Below the pieces are notes generated by a model. That model searched no databases. It had not been told where the DNA came from and saw only the letters and a program-made list of their open reading frames with translations. The translations under genes and the position numbers were made by a program. Of a stretch of DNA of 64,000 nucleotides, positions 28,503 through 38,199 are shown in pieces (the first letter of the stretch is position 1; each line of letters starts with the position of its first letter). Source of the stretch: Polyangiales bacterium (GTDB lineage Bacteria; Myxococcota_A; Polyangia; Polyangiales; Ga0077539); the NCBI GenBank assembly GCA_044229975.1, contig JBGARZ010000014.1:96001-160000 (forward strand), in the 5' to 3' direction.

Positions 28503-29360
28503 CTACAAACGCTCCTGGCAGTGGCCCTCGCCGTTGAAGTGGCCGACCGTCGCCGAGATCGCCGTGATGAAGTCGCGGAGGTTGCGCACGCGCGCCATGT
28601 CGCCGCCGCCGTACTGCGTCGACGGGAGCGTGGTGAGGTCGACCATCGCGAGCTCCTCCAGGGTGACGGTGCCGTCGGCGTCGCGGTCGGCGCCCGCGAT
28701 GGCGTCGAAGCGCAGGCGCGCGTCTTCGGACTGGAGGTCGTCGTAGAAGAAGTGGTCGCCGTGGATGGTCATCTGCGCGTCGACGTTGCCGCCCGACGGA
28801 ATCGCGAGGCCCACCTGGTTGTCCGCGTTGGTGCAGGTCTCGAAGTTGATCGTCTGCGTGAAGCCCCAGCGGAAGCGCACCGTGGTGCCCATGCGCGTGC
28901 CCTCGCCCTCAACGTAGAGGCCGTAGCCGTTGGTCTGCATCAGCGTCACGTCGGCGGCCGTGGCGTTGCCCGCGGTCGACGCCGCGGTGGCAGGGGCGAT
29001 GCGGTAGGACACGCGGTCCATGCGGCGCGAGGGGACGCCCGTGATGCGGCCAACACTGAAGGGCGTGGTGATGGTCTTCAGGTCGTAGACGCGCATGGCG
29101 GCGAGGGCGCCACCCGGGGTGCCGTCCGCGGACGCGACGGTGAAGTTGCCGATGTTGAGGAGGAAGCGGGTGTAGCGAATGGTCCAGCCGTTTTCGAAGC
29201 CGGGCTCGGTGCCCATGAGCGGAGGAATGCTGTCGGCGATGTAGTCCTCACCCCAGATGGTGACGGAGACGGTGCCGGGGGAGGTGCCAGCGCTGTCGGA
29301 GCCGCAGCCAAAGGCCGCGAGGGTGAGGAGAGCGAGGGATGGCATCATCGTGAACTTCAT
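28503..29360 (-). CDS. Putative metal-binding lipoprotein
   Basis: Lipobox AFGC; IWGEDYI, TIHGDHFFYD, EF-hand-like DRDADGTVTLEEL, C-terminal GHFNGEGHC. Confidence 0.8.
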   Translation of the reverse strand: MKFTMMPSLALLTLAAFGCGSDSAGTSPGTVSVTIWGEDYIADSIPPLMGTEPGFENGWTIRYTRFLLNIGNFTVASADGTPGGALAAMRVYDLKTITTPFSVGRITGVPSRRMDRVSYRIAPATAASTAGNATAADVTLMQTNGYGLYVEGEGTRMGTTVRFRWGFTQTINFETCTNADNQVGLAIPSGGNVDAQMTIHGDHFFYDDLQSEDARLRFDAIAGADRDADGTVTLEELAMVDLTTLPSTQYGGGDMARVRNLRDFITAISATVGHFNGEGHCQERL

Positions 29361-29438
29361 GGCACTGCCTTTCGAGAGAGGGGCGTTCGTTGTTGTTCAA
29401 TGGACAACGAAGTCGGTTGTGGATTGTCGGGTGTGGGG

Positions 29439-30230
29439 CTAGCGGGCGCCGCCGTCGGCGGAGGCGCCGGCGGGGACCCAGGTGAAGCGGAAGCCGCTCG
29501 CCGCGGGCGCGGTGCGGGTGACGGCGTTGAGGGGTTGGCCCTCGCCGAGGGTGACCACGGCGCCAGGCGTCGCGGGGTCGGGGACCATCGAGAAGTCCGA
29601 GCGGTCGATCCAGGCGCCGACGTCGACGACGATGTCCCAACGGCCTGACTGGTTCATGTCGCCGATGGCCGGGATGCCCTGGACGAGGTGCCGGATGGCA
29701 GGGGCGCAGTCGAAGCGCACGGTGCGGCCGTCCCTGGTGGCGGTGGCGCGGAGGTAGAGCGATCCGCCGTGGAGGGTCGCGGCGTCGGCCGTGGCAGCGT
29801 CGGCGGGGCGCAACTCGATGGCGGCGGACTGGGCGAGCCCGGTGACGCCGTTGCCACGGGTGAGCGAGACCCCGCCCGGTGCGAGCAGGTCGACGACGCG
29901 CTGGTTGGTGATGTCGGCGAGCGCCTCGCCCGCGACGTAGTGACCGGGGTGCGCGTAGGCGACCGAGATGCCGAGCGCGCGCTCGAAGAAGGTGCGACCG
30001 AAGAGCGCGGTGCCCTCGTACCAGCGCAGCGGGCCAACAGCGATGCGCGCCTCCTCGATCTGCACCGCCCACCCGGTGGACGTGGTGAGCATGGCGTCGG
30101 TGCCGCGCACCACGGCGTCGACGTTGATGCGGGAGCGGCCGGTGCTGTCGTCACCGCAATGGGCGACGCCGAGACAGGCGAGAGCGCCGAGGAGGGGCAG
30201 GACGACGGCGGGGTGGCGGAGGTGGTACAT
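29439..30230 (-). CDS. Putative lipoprotein with AHPGH motif
   Basis: Lipobox-like VAHC; GWAVQIEEARIAVGPLRW, AYAHPGHY; start re-assigned to MYHLRH. Confidence 0.75.
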   Translation of the reverse strand: MYHLRHPAVVLPLLGALACLGVAHCGDDSTGRSRINVDAVVRGTDAMLTTSTGWAVQIEEARIAVGPLRWYEGTALFGRTFFERALGISVAYAHPGHYVAGEALADITNQRVVDLLAPGGVSLTRGNGVTGLAQSAAIELRPADAATADAATLHGGSLYLRATATRDGRTVRFDCAPAIRHLVQGIPAIGDMNQSGRWDIVVDVGAWIDRSDFSMVPDPATPGAVVTLGEGQPLNAVTRTAPAASGFRFTWVPAGASADGGAR

Positions 30231-30400
30231 CGTGGCCTTCAGGGCGGGACGAGTCGGGCGGAACACGCGGCGGATACGGCGTGCCACTCGAATTGGATGA
30301 GTAACACCGTCGGATGGTCGCAGGCCAGCGGGCGGAAAGAGGTGCGTCAAATGGTCGCGAATCGGTGACGCGGACGACGGGTCGCGCCCACCCAACGCCC

Positions 30401-32104
30401 ATGCGCTTGCTCCGCTCGTCCTTCGTTGTGTCCGTCGTGCTCGTCCTGATTCTCCCCGCTTGTGGCGCGCGCACCCCGTTGAGCGACGAGTCTCGCGATG
30501 CAGCCGTCGCAGTCGATGTGCAGCCCGATGTCCCACCCGTCGTCGACGTGCCCGTGGTCCCCATCGATGTGCCCGTCGTGCGCGATGTCCCACCGCCACC
30601 CATCGACCGCTTCGTCCCCATCGACGTTCCGGTCCCCGTCGACCGCTTCGTCCCCATTGATCGCTTCGTTCCGGTCGACAACCCGCGCCCCGTTGATGTG
30701 CCCGTCGTCGTGACCGCCCTCTGCCCGGCGTCGCAGCGCGCCGTCGAGACCCTCTCCGTCCCCCTTGCCGGCAGCGGAACCCACTCCCTCGGCCTCCCCC
30801 TCCGCTTCGCCTGGAGCCTCGACTCCGGCCCCGGTCGCGCGACCGCCATCGCCAACCCCGCGCTCGCCTCGACCACGCTCGCCCTCACCGCACCCGGAAC
30901 CTGGCGCCTCCGCCTCACCGTCACCGACGCCGCTGGCCGCTCCGACGATTGCACCACCGTCGTCGAGGCCGACCCCGCCATCGACCTCGTCTGCCCCGCC
31001 GACCAGTCGCGCTACCAGTCCGACGTCGCCTCGCTGACAGCCCGCGCGCTCTCTCGCCTCGGGCGGCCGCTCACCTACGCGTGGAGCGTCGCCCGCCGAC
31101 CGCCGGGCAGCACGTCATCCCCGGTGCCCGCGACGGGTAGCCTCGACACGCGCCTGCTCTGCGACGCGCTCGGCGACTACACCGTGCAGCTCACCGTCAC
31201 GGACAACGCGATGCTCACGCGCACCTGCCAGGCCAACGTTCACGTCGACCCCGACGTGCTCGTGACGTGCCCGCCGGACATCACATCGCTGCCATTCAGT
31301 TCGGTGCGCCTCGAAGGCAGCGCGATGTCTCGCCTCGGGCTGCCGCTCACCTATCGGTGGAGCATCGTCGAGGCGCCGCCCACCAGCACGGCGTCGCTCA
31401 CGACGCCCGACACCCGCGTCGCGGGCTACACCTTCGACGTGGCGGGCAATTGGGTGTGGCGGCTCACGGCGTCCAACAACCGCGGCAACACGGCGTCGTG
31501 CACCACGCGCGCCTTCGCCCGCTCCGAAGAGGCCGTGCGCGTCGAGCTCGTCTGGAACGTCGATCGCTCCTGCCGCACCTGCAACGCCCAGGGCGGTGGC
31601 ATCGACCTCGACCTCCACCTCACCGACCTCACTCGCTCGGGCGGCCACTGGTTTGGCGAGGCCCCGGACAACTCCGACTGCTACTTCGGCAACTGCCGCT
31701 GCGACCGCTCCGTCGGGATGCTCTGCCCCGAAGGCGTGCTCATGTGGCCGCCGCTCGGCGCCGCCAACAACCCGCAGCTCGACGTCGACCACACGGGCGA
31801 TCTGCCCGGCCCCGAGAACATCAACATCTCCCAGGCCCAGGTGGGCGCGCGCTTCTCGGTGGGCGTTCATTACTTCAGTGGGGGTGAGCCGACGCCCGCG
31901 ATCGTGCGGGTCTACTGCGGCGGCGTGGTGGTCTTCGAGAGCGAGCGCGTGGTGCTCGCCAACAGCACCCCGAGCGGCGGGGGCAGTCCCCTCTGGCGCG
32001 TCGGCGACATCGCCGTCGGCGCCGACGGGCGCTCGTGCACCTTCACGCGCTGCGGTCGCCCGGGCGCGGTGACGGAGTGCATCCGCACCTCCAGCGAGTG
32101 GTAG
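30401..32104 (+). CDS. Lipoprotein with three PKD/Ig-like repeats and YfaP-like C-terminal domain
   Basis: LPAC lipobox; three repeats L.Y.WS...P....G.Y...LTVTD; VELVW..DLDLH...LDVD....PGPENINI...VGVHYF. Confidence 0.8.
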   Translation: MRLLRSSFVVSVVLVLILPACGARTPLSDESRDAAVAVDVQPDVPPVVDVPVVPIDVPVVRDVPPPPIDRFVPIDVPVPVDRFVPIDRFVPVDNPRPVDVPVVVTALCPASQRAVETLSVPLAGSGTHSLGLPLRFAWSLDSGPGRATAIANPALASTTLALTAPGTWRLRLTVTDAAGRSDDCTTVVEADPAIDLVCPADQSRYQSDVASLTARALSRLGRPLTYAWSVARRPPGSTSSPVPATGSLDTRLLCDALGDYTVQLTVTDNAMLTRTCQANVHVDPDVLVTCPPDITSLPFSSVRLEGSAMSRLGLPLTYRWSIVEAPPTSTASLTTPDTRVAGYTFDVAGNWVWRLTASNNRGNTASCTTRAFARSEEAVRVELVWNVDRSCRTCNAQGGGIDLDLHLTDLTRSGGHWFGEAPDNSDCYFGNCRCDRSVGMLCPEGVLMWPPLGAANNPQLDVDHTGDLPGPENINISQAQVGARFSVGVHYFSGGEPTPAIVRVYCGGVVVFESERVVLANSTPSGGGSPLWRVGDIAVGADGRSCTFTRCGRPGAVTECIRTSSEW

Positions 32105-32108
32105 GTCG

Positions 32109-33248
32109 CTACTCCAGCACCGTGGGCGCGATGATCGGTGCGGCGGTGGGAGCGCCCTCGGCCGTCGCGGCTCCGATGGCGAGGTAGTGGTCGACCGGGC
32201 GGTAGGTTGCGCAGCCGTTCGGAGCGTTGGGGTACACCTTGCCCGCGAACTCCACGCGAAAGGCGCCGCTCGCCGCGTCGGTGTAGCCGATCTGGGTCGA
32301 GCCGCCGCCGTCGAGGATGTAGAGCGTCTCGCAGCGCGTGTCGCACGCTCCGCCCGGTCGCAACCCGACGGGGAGCGCCGGGTACGAGACCCGCTCGGCG
32401 GCCAGCAGCGAGACGGCGCCGTCGCGCGTTCCGCAGAGGAGCGTCACCGGGTGGGGGTCGCAGGTCCATCGCCGCGCGGGCGTGCAGCGGAAGCTCTCGG
32501 CGAGCGCGTCACCGGGTGCCGCCGCGTAGGCGTGGTTGAGCTGCATCGCGAGCGTCATCGTCGGATACGCTGCGCGCATCGCCGCCACGAACTCGTCCTG
32601 CGACATCGGTCCATCGCGCCGCGCAAACCTCGCGCGCTCCTGCGGTGAGGTCGCCGTCGAGAGGGACACGGTGCATGCACCCGGCTCGCACGCGCCCGTC
32701 TCGATGCGAAGCTCGTGCAGACCCTGCGCGTCGACCACCGCCACGCGGTCGCCGCGAAAGTCGGGGTCGACGGTGGGCTGCACCGGCGCCAGCAACGAAG
32801 GCCCGCGCGAGTCGAGCGACCAGATCATCCCGTTGGCGCGAAAGCCCTCGCCGAGGCGGTGGAAGAAGTTGCCGTTGGTCGCGCCGAGCGCCCGAAAGCC
32901 AGGCACCGCGGGGAGCACCTCGCGCAGGTCCGACCCGCCGTAGCGCTGGCTGCACCGGGCGTCGGTGTGCGCGCTCGCGTTGAGCACCGCCCGCAGTTGG
33001 AGCGACGCGCCCGGACGGAGCTGGAGTTCGCGCAGGTGCAGGATGTCGCCGCCCACGCGGCAGGCGATCTCGCGGTAGCGAAGGTCTGGCGCGAGCGTCA
33101 CCGGCGCGCTCGCCACGAAGGCTGCGCCGTCGAGTCGTGACACCAGTGAACCGCGGCCCGCGTGCGCTCCGGGGCACCCCGTGAGAAGCACCAGCAGCGC
33201 CAGCGGTCGCACACGGCCGAAGCGTGGAGCTGCGCGGGGAGCGAGCAT
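32109..33248 (-). CDS. Phosphodiester glycosidase (NAGPA-like) family lipoprotein
   Basis: LTGC lipobox; ATNGNFF and ILDGGGSTQ motifs. Confidence 0.65.
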   Translation of the reverse strand: MLAPRAAPRFGRVRPLALLVLLTGCPGAHAGRGSLVSRLDGAAFVASAPVTLAPDLRYREIACRVGGDILHLRELQLRPGASLQLRAVLNASAHTDARCSQRYGGSDLREVLPAVPGFRALGATNGNFFHRLGEGFRANGMIWSLDSRGPSLLAPVQPTVDPDFRGDRVAVVDAQGLHELRIETGACEPGACTVSLSTATSPQERARFARRDGPMSQDEFVAAMRAAYPTMTLAMQLNHAYAAAPGDALAESFRCTPARRWTCDPHPVTLLCGTRDGAVSLLAAERVSYPALPVGLRPGGACDTRCETLYILDGGGSTQIGYTDAASGAFRVEFAGKVYPNAPNGCATYRPVDHYLAIGAATAEGAPTAAPIIAPTVLE

Positions 33249-33343
33249 GGTGAAGGGGCTTCTACCGTGGCGCGGCGTGGGGCGTCACGTCGCCTGATCC
33301 TCGACGCCGCGGGCGACCCTCGGTAGAAAAAATTTCGGGCCGG

Positions 33344-33370
33344 TGTCGTTGGGGCGCCCGGTCGTTCGAC
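33344..33370 (+). promoter_or_regulatory. Candidate ECF42-dependent promoter
   Basis: TGTCGT-N17-CGAC upstream of the DGPF gene, preceded by an A/T tract; resembles the TGTCGA / CG(A/T)C consensus reported for ECF42. Confidence 0.55.
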
Positions 33371-33395
33371 TCCACGGTGAAGGGAGTTCCAGTCG

Positions 33396-34148
33396 ATGCA
33401 ATACGTCCTGATGATTCACGCCGCCGAGTCCCGCTTCTCCACCATGTCCCGGGAGGCCGCCGAGGCCGTCATGCAGGCCTACGGGGCCTACACCCGTGAC
33501 CTCGTCGCCACCGGGCGCGCGGGCGACTGCGCCGCCCTCGAAGGCACCCACACCGCGACCACCGTGCGCGTCCGCGAGGGCAAGCGCGCGGTGAAGGACG
33601 GCCCCTTCGCCGAGACGCGCGAGCAGCTCGGTGGCTACTACACGCTCCGCGCCGAGACCGAGGAGGAGGCCCTCGCCTGGGCCGCGAAGATCCCCGACGC
33701 CAGGGGCGGAACCATCGAGGTGCGCGCCGTCCCGGCGATGCCCGGCGCCGCGCCCGTCAACGCGCCCACGGTCGATGGGAGCACCCACAAGCAGTACGTG
33801 CTGCTGATCTACGAGTCGGCCGAGGCGCGCGCGGCGGTGACCGACGCCGAGCGGCAGGCGGTGTTCGGGCGCTACATCGACCTCAGCCGGGAGCTTCGCG
33901 CCGCGGGGACGTTGATCGCGGGCGAACCGCTGGAGCCCACGACGAAGGCGAAGAGCGTGAGCCTCAGCGGAACCCAGCGCGTGGTGCGCGACGGTCCCTT
34001 CGCGGAGACGCGCGAGCAGCTCGGCGGCTACTACCGCATCTGGGCGAAGGACCTCGACGAGGCCCTCGCCGTCGCCGCGAAGATCCCCGCGTCGGAGACG
34101 GGCACCATCGAGGTTCGCCCCGTGATGGACACCAGCGCGTACATGTGA
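33396..34148 (+). CDS. YciI/DGPF family protein with two tandem domains
   Basis: DGPFAETREQLGGYY occurs twice. Confidence 0.93.
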   Translation: MQYVLMIHAAESRFSTMSREAAEAVMQAYGAYTRDLVATGRAGDCAALEGTHTATTVRVREGKRAVKDGPFAETREQLGGYYTLRAETEEEALAWAAKIPDARGGTIEVRAVPAMPGAAPVNAPTVDGSTHKQYVLLIYESAEARAAVTDAERQAVFGRYIDLSRELRAAGTLIAGEPLEPTTKAKSVSLSGTQRVVRDGPFAETREQLGGYYRIWAKDLDEALAVAAKIPASETGTIEVRPVMDTSAYM

Positions 34149-34192
34149 CGGCGTGTTGACGCTCCGCGACGCGCGGGCACAACCTGCGCGTC

Positions 34193-35419
34193 GTGGGAGC
34201 CGAAGCGACGCTGGCCGCGGTGGTGCGAGAGGAGCGGGCGCGCATCGTCGCGACGCTCGTTCGTCGGTACGGCTACGACGTGGCGGAGGAGTCCCTCGAC
34301 GCCGCGGTGGAGGCCGCCCTGCGGCAGTGGCCGACGGAGGGAGTTCCGGCATCACCGCGCGCGTGGCTGCTGGGGGTAGCTCGTCGCCGCGCCATCGATC
34401 TCGTGCGCCATCGCGTGATGGCCGCCACCACGCATCAGGACCTCGGCGCGCTCGCCACGGAGGCAGTCGAGGACGAGCACGACCCCTTCCCCGATGATCG
34501 GTTGCGGCTGGTGTTCACGTGCTGCCACCCGGCCATCGCGCGGGAGTCGCAGGTGGCCCTCGCGCTGCGTTGGATCTCCGGGCTGTCGACGGAGGACGTG
34601 GCGCGGGCGTTCTGTGTCCCGACGACGACGATGGCGCAGCGGCTCACGCGTGCGAAGGGGAAGATCAACGCGGCGCGGATTCCCTACGAGGTGCCCGAGC
34701 ACTCGGAGCTGCCCGAGCGCGTGGAGGCGGTGCTGGAGGTCGTGTACGCGATCTTCAACGAGGGCTACGTCGCGACGGCGGGCGAGAGCCTCCAGCGGGT
34801 CGACCTCGCAGAGGAGGCGGTGCGGCTCGCCGAGCTGCTGGTGGTGCTCTTGCCAGAGAGCGCGGATGTGAGAGCGATGTGCGCGCTGGTGACGCTCATC
34901 CACGCGCGGCGTGACGCTCGGTGCGCCGACGACGGGGGATTCGTTCCGTTGGAGGAGCAGGACCGCTCGCGGTGGGATGAGGTGGCGATTGCGCGGGGGC
35001 GCGAGCTGTTGACGGCGGCGCTCGCGAGCGGGGCGCCGAGCACGTACGCCATCGAGGCGGCGATCCAGATGGTGCACGACGAGGCGCCGCGCTTCGCGGA
35101 GACGGACTTCGCGCAGATCGTGGCGCTCTATGGACTCTTGCGGGCGCGCACCGGGGAGCCGGTGGTGGCCCTCAACGAGGCGGTGGCGCGGGCGATGGTG
35201 GACGGCGCGGCCGAGGCGCTCGCGCGGGTGGAGGCGATCGCGGAGGGCGGGACGCTGGACGGGCACCCGGCGCTGCCCGCGGCGAGGGCGGACCTGCTGC
35301 GACGGCTGGGGCGCGATGGCGAGGCGAGGGCGGCGTACGACGCGGCGATCGCGGCGACGCGCAACGAGGTGGAGCGGAGGTTCCTGGCGCGGCGACGGGC
35401 GGGGTTGGGCGGGGGGTGA
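34193..35419 (+). CDS. ECF42-type RNA polymerase sigma factor with TPR-like C-terminal extension
   Basis: sigma2/sigma4 regions, DDRLRLVFTCCHP, IFNEGY, LEEQDRSRWD; follows a DGPF gene. Confidence 0.92.
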   Translation: MGAEATLAAVVREERARIVATLVRRYGYDVAEESLDAAVEAALRQWPTEGVPASPRAWLLGVARRRAIDLVRHRVMAATTHQDLGALATEAVEDEHDPFPDDRLRLVFTCCHPAIARESQVALALRWISGLSTEDVARAFCVPTTTMAQRLTRAKGKINAARIPYEVPEHSELPERVEAVLEVVYAIFNEGYVATAGESLQRVDLAEEAVRLAELLVVLLPESADVRAMCALVTLIHARRDARCADDGGFVPLEEQDRSRWDEVAIARGRELLTAALASGAPSTYAIEAAIQMVHDEAPRFAETDFAQIVALYGLLRARTGEPVVALNEAVARAMVDGAAEALARVEAIAEGGTLDGHPALPAARADLLRRLGRDGEARAAYDAAIAATRNEVERRFLARRRAGLGGG

Positions 35420-35444
35420 AACGGACACGTCTGCCCGACTCGTC

Positions 35445-35486
35445 CTCGCCCGGAGGGGTGCTCTCGCTCACGCCCCTCCGGGTGAG
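35445..35486. terminator. 16-bp stem hairpin between convergent genes
   Basis: CTCGCCCGGAGGGGTG ... CGCCCCTCCGGGTGAG (two G-U pairs). Confidence 0.55.
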
Positions 35487-35512
35487 ATACGCGTTGGGGG
35501 GAGGTGGCGGAG

Positions 35513-36352
35513 CTACGCCCGCCGCGCCCGCAGCCCGAACATCAGCGGCGGCATCGCGACCCCGTCGGGCGGATACAACCGCCGTCCCTCGCGCTCGACC
35601 AGCGTCGGAATCATCCGGCACCCGTTCGCATACGGGTACTCGTCGAGGCGCTCGACGACGAGCCCGGCGCTCGCGACCGCGGTGACGATGTCCCCGAGCG
35701 TCCACTGGAAGGCGTTGGCGGCGTGCGGGTTCTCGAAGGCCGCTTCGGTCGCGACGAAGCCCGACGGTGCGAGCAGCTCGCCCGAGCGCCCGACGTAGTC
35801 CTCGACGGGGTCGGTGAACACCCGACCCGGCGCGAAGTACGGATCGCGGCTGAAGCGAAACGCACCATCCAGCGACCACACCAGCGGGTGAAACTCCACG
35901 TAGACGAAGCGCCCGCCCGGCGCGAGCACCCGCTGGATGCCGCGCGCCCACGCGTCGAGGTCGCTCAGCCACCCGACCACCCCGTACGAGCAGAACACCA
36001 CGTCGAAGCGCTCCTCCGTCGTGGCCAGCCAGTCGATGACATCCGCGCGAACGAACTCCGCCGCGATGCCGCTGTCGACCGCGAGCTGCGTCGCGAAGGC
36101 GATGGCCTCGTCGGAGATGTCGACCCCGGTGACCTTCGCGCCGCGGGCGGCGAGGGACACCGTGTCCTGCCCGGCGTTGCACTGGAGGTGCGCCACGCGC
36201 AGCCCGGTGAGGTCGCCGAGCAGCGCGAGCTCCTCGGGGAAGAGCGTCGAGCCGCCGCCCCGATGGAAGGCCGCCTGATCGCGCTTGTGGGCGTTGTGCG
36301 CGCGGGTGGCGGCGTTCCAGCTCGCGCGGTTGGCCTCGTGCAGGTCGGTCAT
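35513..36352 (-). CDS. Class I SAM-dependent methyltransferase
   Basis: HLQCNAGQDT, VTGVDISD, FDVVFCSYG, LAPGGRF. Confidence 0.92.
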   Translation of the reverse strand: MTDLHEANRASWNAATRAHNAHKRDQAAFHRGGGSTLFPEELALLGDLTGLRVAHLQCNAGQDTVSLAARGAKVTGVDISDEAIAFATQLAVDSGIAAEFVRADVIDWLATTEERFDVVFCSYGVVGWLSDLDAWARGIQRVLAPGGRFVYVEFHPLVWSLDGAFRFSRDPYFAPGRVFTDPVEDYVGRSGELLAPSGFVATEAAFENPHAANAFQWTLGDIVTAVASAGLVVERLDEYPYANGCRMIPTLVEREGRRLYPPDGVAMPPLMFGLRARRA

Positions 36353-36417
36353 GCGCGCGACGCTATCAGGGAGCGCTCCCTCCGCGGAGGCGCGCGTCGG
36401 GGCTATCGTCGTGCGCG

Positions 36418-37488
36418 ATGCGATCCACCTTCTGGCGATCGACCGCGTTGACGATGCTCCCGCTGCTGCTTGCCTCGTCGGGGTGTCTCTCGTCGAGCTA
36501 TCGCCTCGCACCCGACGAACTCGAACGCCTCGCCCGCACCGCCCCCGACGAGCGCTGGCAGGCGGTGCGCGTCACGCAGGGCATCCTCGACTCCGACCAT
36601 CCGCCCCGCAACGCGGTGCCCATGCAGGTCAACGGACCCGCGTTGGTGATGCCCAACGGATACTGGTTTCGTGGTCGCGCGTGGTCGGTGCCGTCGGGGT
36701 GGCGACGCAACGCTCCGTTGACCGTCTCGGGCGCGTCGAGCGGTTCATCCGGTGGGCGCTCGGGTGGCTCGTCGGGCGGCTCGTCGGGTGGCAGCGGACC
36801 GGGCGCGGCGATCGTGGCCGTGGTCGTCGTCGCGGCGGCCGCATCGGTCTTCGTGCTCGCCGGAACCGAAGGCGCCCGCTACGACGGATGGGTCGGCGTT
36901 CCGCCCGATGAGCTGGTCTATCTCGATCACGATGGAGGCGCCGTCACTGCCGTCCCGCTGCACGCGCTCACGCCCGAGCTCGCCGCCAGCGCCCACGGCG
37001 CGACCGTCTACGAAGGCTCCGAGGAGCGCTACCTGCGACTCGCCCGCGCCCCGCTCGACCGCGTGGGCATGACCCTGCAATCGGGCATGGCGTCGGCGAT
37101 GGTTCCACGGGCGAGCGGATACCCGCCGGGCTTCGGAGGACGGGCATTCCTGGGCGGATACTTCGTGCGGTTCCTGGGCGTGGGCGCCACCGCGGACATC
37201 CTCGCCGACACGCGTGGCGGCATCGTCGCGATGGTCGGCGGAGAGGTTCAGGTGATGCCGCTGCTCTGGGGCGGCGTGTACGCGGGCGCCGGCTGGTCGT
37301 CGCTCTCGTCCGAAGAGCACTTCACCACCATCGGCGGTTGGTACGCCCGCGCGGGTCTCCACCTGGAACTGCCGCTCACCACGCGCCTCGCGGCGAGCCT
37401 GCGCGGTGGCGTCGCGCGCCTCGACTTCGGCACCCTCGCGGGCGCACTCGTGATGCCCGAACTCTCCATCGGGCTCTCCATCTACTGA
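36418..37488 (+). CDS. Hypothetical lipoprotein with Gly/Ser linker and beta-barrel-like C-terminus
   Basis: SSGC lipobox, SSGG repeats, terminal aromatic residue. Confidence 0.65.
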   Translation: MRSTFWRSTALTMLPLLLASSGCLSSSYRLAPDELERLARTAPDERWQAVRVTQGILDSDHPPRNAVPMQVNGPALVMPNGYWFRGRAWSVPSGWRRNAPLTVSGASSGSSGGRSGGSSGGSSGGSGPGAAIVAVVVVAAAASVFVLAGTEGARYDGWVGVPPDELVYLDHDGGAVTAVPLHALTPELAASAHGATVYEGSEERYLRLARAPLDRVGMTLQSGMASAMVPRASGYPPGFGGRAFLGGYFVRFLGVGATADILADTRGGIVAMVGGEVQVMPLLWGGVYAGAGWSSLSSEEHFTTIGGWYARAGLHLELPLTTRLAASLRGGVARLDFGTLAGALVMPELSIGLSIY

Positions 37489-37536
37489 CCGACGCTTCGT
37501 TGTTGGGTCGGGCGTCACCGTGGGACAACGGCCTCC

Positions 37537-38130
37537 ATGACGGACGCAGCTCGCTCACCCCGCGGATCGCTCGCCACCGGGACGATCATCTTCTCCATCG
37601 GCGCCCTGACGAGCCTGTGCGGGGACGCCTGTCACATCGCCTCGGGAACCACCCGCTACCTTGGCGACAACGTCCCGACGGTGTGGCGGAGCGCGGCGTG
37701 GTTTCCCTGCGTGGTGGGTCTCTCCATCGTCGGCGCCGCGCTCTCCGGGCGTCGCTCCGCGCTCCCGCGGCGGCCCCGTTCGATCGCCGACCTCGCGCTC
37801 GCCATCGGGGCGGTGCTGGCGTTCTACGCGCTCACGGCCACGCTGCGCGGTCAGCCGACGGTCGTCGCCGTGACGCTGTGCGCGGGCATCGCCGCGGCGA
37901 TCTGGGCCTGGTGGGACCCATCCCCCGAAGCTCTCGGCGTGGCCGCGGGCGCGGCGGTGCTGGGGCCGCTCGGCGAGATCGGGCTCATCCACGCCGGCCT
38001 GGTGAGCTACGCGCCGGGCTCCGACGGCCTCTGGGGCGTGGCGCCGTGGCTGCCGTGTCTCTACTTCGCCGCGGGCGCGGTGGCGTCCGGCCTGTGGAGC
38101 GTGGTGGACGCGCGACCGGACGATCGCTGA
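37537..38130 (+). CDS. Multi-pass membrane protein (DUF2878-like)
   Basis: Five to six hydrophobic segments; LGPLGE...G...Y...PWLP.LY. Confidence 0.7.
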   Translation: MTDAARSPRGSLATGTIIFSIGALTSLCGDACHIASGTTRYLGDNVPTVWRSAAWFPCVVGLSIVGAALSGRRSALPRRPRSIADLALAIGAVLAFYALTATLRGQPTVVAVTLCAGIAAAIWAWWDPSPEALGVAAGAAVLGPLGEIGLIHAGLVSYAPGSDGLWGVAPWLPCLYFAAGAVASGLWSVVDARPDDR

Positions 38131-38199
38131 ACCGTCGTCAGGTACAACCTTCTCAAAGTCACCGCGGCGGCCGGGCACGGCGAGCTCGGGGATCGGCCG

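Noticed and set aside
30272..30286. Sigma54 promoter for the lipoprotein-PCS genes (TGGCACG on the minus strand)
   Set aside because: The -12 element reads ATCC rather than TTGC, so support is insufficient
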